A stretch of 64,000 bases of DNA. It comes from the human T2T-CHM13v2.0 reference genome, Homo sapiens. A program made the position numbers and the translations under genes. The notes under the pieces were generated by a model. That model was not told where the DNA came from. It ran no database searches and saw nothing but the letters and a program-made list of their open reading frames with translations. The stretch lies in the NCBI RefSeq assembly GCF_009914755.1, contig NC_060943.1, one strand, 5' to 3'. Positions 55,842 to 64,000 of this stretch are shown here, piece after piece. Each line of letters opens with the position of its first letter. Position 1 is the first letter of the stretch.

Positions 55842-56211
55842 GCGTCAGAGGCATGTGAACCAGAGCAACTCCATCTTGAATGGGGCTGAGTAAAATGAGG
55901 CTGACGTCTACTGGGCTGCATTCCCAGACAGCTAAGGCATTCTAAGTCACACGATGAGATAGGAGGTTGGCACAAAATACAGATCATAAAGACTTTGCTG
56001 ATAAAACAGGTTACAGTAAAGAAGCCAGCTAAAACCCACCAAAAACAAAAAGTGGCGATGAGAGTAACCTGTGGTCATCCCCACTGCTCATTATACACTA
56101 ATTAGAATGCATTAGCATGCTAAGAGACACTCCCACCAGCGCCATGGCAGCTTACAAATGCCATGGCAACATCAGGAAGTTACCCTATATGGTCTAAAAA
56201 GAGAAGACATG
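55842..56211 (+). mobile_element. MER41-family LTR (MER41A-like), 3' part missing
   Basis: gtcagaggc...gaaccagagcaactccatcttgaat start; recalled consensus. Confidence 0.75.
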
Positions 56212-59700
<3,489 letters not shown>

Positions 59701-60007
59701 TTATAGAGTGCACATTTTGTTCCATGCACTGTTCAATACCACTTACATACATTAATTTAATCCTCACAATGAAACAAGAGAGAAATAATTATTATTCTCA
59801 TTTTAAAGATGAGAAAACTGGTACACAGAGAGGTTGCACAAGGTGATATTGCTAGTTAGTGGCATGGTGGGGATCCAAACCTAGGTAGTCTAGTTCCAAG
59901 GTGTGTTTATTCAGCCCATGTTTACTGAGCACCTACTACTATGTGTTGGGCTCTGCTCTAGGTGTTAGAGCTATAGACAGTATAAAAGAACTACCTCGCC
60001 CCCATTA

Positions 60008-60923
<916 letters not shown>

Positions 60924-61749
60924 CATAGGCAAAATTCTTGAAGCAAATGTATACACTGTCTCCAATTCCACACCTCACACTCAATCCATGGCTCTCTGAA
61001 ACCAGGTGTTGGCTTACAACATTCCAGAAACTGGAACCCATGTTCTTCTCAGCTGTGGCACTGCTCTCCTTACTCTTTCGCCTCCAAGCTCTTGGAAGAA
61101 ATGTCTACATTGTCTATACTACCCCTTTCTTGCTCACTGCCTGGATCCCTGCAATATGGCCACTGCTTCTGCTGATCCTCTGATACTGCCCTTACCAAAG
61201 GAGCTAATTCATTCCCGCCTTCAGAGCTGGAGTACATGTCTCAGGGCTTGACACACTTGTCCATGTACTTGTTTCTAAGCCTGTCTTAGTTTGTTTGTTC
61301 CACTATCCAAGGGACTTGCCAGCAACCAATACACATGCTTCATCTCACCCAACCTTCACTTCTGTCTTCCCCCACCTCGGCGCCCCATGTTCTGTTGTCC
61401 TGGAACATCCACTTGGTCCTTTGAAAGGCTCTGAATCAATTTCCTCCATGAAGAATATCCTGACTTCTGGATTGCATGTGTTGTCACTGTTCTTCTAACT
61501 ACTTCTAGGTCCAGGACTGGTCTTAAATACCCAGGTTGTGTCTTGGACTAGCCATACTAAGGTCTACATTTGTGGACTGCACAGTGTCACCTCCCACCCA
61601 CCCCCAACTTCCTGAAAAGTGGCTCCTCAAACCCTCTACTCCCCTAGAACCACCAGCTAAAGGAAGCATCAGCTAAAACCCCACAGTATTAGCATTCATT
61701 AAAAGCTCCTACCTGAATCAGCAATTACTATGGTATTTGAAAATGTTCT

Positions 61750-62312
61750 CTAATGGTGCATAACAAATTCCCCACAGGTATTAACTCACAGTTCTGTAGG
61801 TCAGAATGGCTGCTTCTCTGCTCAGAATCTACCAAAGCTAAAATTAAGGTGTCAGCTGGGCTGGGTTCTCATGTGGAGCTCAGGATCCTCTTCCAAATGA
61901 ATGTGATTACAGCAGGATTCACATCCTTGCTGTTGCAGTACTAAGGACCCCGTTTCCTTGCTGGCTGTCAGCTGGGAGCCATTCTCAGCCAGAGGCTGCC
62001 TGGATTCCTCCCTACGTGGCCCTGGTGACATCTTCATGCCAGCAATGGAGACCTTTGCTTGCCTCCAATCCTCTCACACCTGAAACCTCTTTTGCCAGGA
62101 AGACTCAGTCCTTTTCAAGAACTCACCTCATTAGGTGAGGCCCCCAGAGGATATTCTTCCTAACTTAAAGTTAACTGATTTCAGACCCTACCTACGTCTG
62201 CAAGACGCCTTCCCAGCAGCATACAGACTAGTACTTGACTGAGTGACTGGAGAAGGAGTGTGTACACCAGGGAGCAGGAATCTTCGGGTCATCTCAGAGT
62301 TCTGCCTACCAC
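61750..62312. mobile_element. MaLR (MLT1-like) LTR relic
   Basis: ctcacagttctgtagg..., aaggtgtcagc..., agttctgcctaccaca terminus; recalled consensus. Confidence 0.55.
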
Positions 62313-62435
62313 ATTGGGGATTTCCTGTTCCATCGTTCCATTAGGTTGTGTTCTACTTTAAGAAAGATCTTCCCCCTTTTCCCCTTCTTTCTCTATTCTT
62401 TCCTTTTTTCTTTCTGTCAGCATAAACCAAGGAAT

Positions 62436-62750
62436 TCTTTTTTTTTTTTTTTTTTGTCATTTTTTCTTGAGATGGAGTCTCACTCTGTCACCCAGGCTGG
62501 AGTGTGCAGTGTGATCTCGAATCACTGCAACCTCCGCCTCCCGGGTTCAAACGATTCTCCTGCCTCATCCTCCCTAGTAGCTGGGATTACGGGCGCCTGC
62601 CACCACACCCGGTTAATTTTTGTATTTTTAGTAGAGACGGGGTTTCACCACGTTGGTCAGGCTAGTCTCGAACTCCTGATCGCAGGTAATCCGCCCGCTT
62701 TGGCCTCCCAAAGTGTTGGGATTACAGGCATGAGCCACTGCGCCCAGCCG
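62436..62750 (-). mobile_element. Alu
   Basis: Antisense Alu. Confidence 0.9.
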
Positions 62751-62954
62751 GAATTCATTTTTAATTCAAGACTTTACAATCCACTTCTGACACTACTCAT
62801 TTTCCTCCCCTCAGTAAATCTCTTACTCTTACTGGGCGTGTCTAGTTTCTCTCTTCCACAACTCCTGGGAGACCCTCCTGACATCGCCCATCCGCGCAGG
62901 CTGCAGAGAGAGATCAGTGGGAGGAGGAGGAGCCGAGAGCCACCACTTAGGCTT

Positions 62955-64000
<1,046 letters not shown>

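Noticed and set aside
55842-56211. Interferon-inducible MER41 enhancer for the IFITM-like paralogs
   Set aside because: No TTCCNGGAA STAT1 site is visible; the sequence resembles the MER41A form lacking that segment and is truncated by an Alu.

Overview
Human genomic DNA whose gene order SBSN(-), GAPDHS(+), TMEM147(+), ATP4A(-), PMIS2(+, runs off the right edge) matches chr19q13.12. I traced every exon of the four complete genes by hand. All introns are GT-AG, and the CDS lengths are 662, 408, 224 and 1035 aa. The window is Alu-dense, with L1, MER and LTR relics. Main observations: (1) Two further two-exon CD225/dispanin (IFITM/PMIS2-like) genes lie on the minus strand between ATP4A and PMIS2, both with the same phase-0 intron position as PMIS2. 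One has intact splice sites. The other has an AT instead of GT donor, but its 363-nt intron is in frame and stop-free. (2) A truncated HERV-K(HML-2) provirus has lost its RT region. In its place is a chimera of U5 end, complete mature tRNA-Lys(CTT) primer (with CCA and an A-to-T change at position 58, the m1A site) and three scrambled 28S rRNA pieces, which reads as a fossil of RT template switching. (3) The SBSN allele carries a perfect 216-bp coding duplication inside an exitron. (4) A duplicated 52-bp GATA-GATA/nuclear-receptor module sits upstream of ATP4A. Comparisons with reference proteins and repeat consensus sequences are from memory, not from searches.
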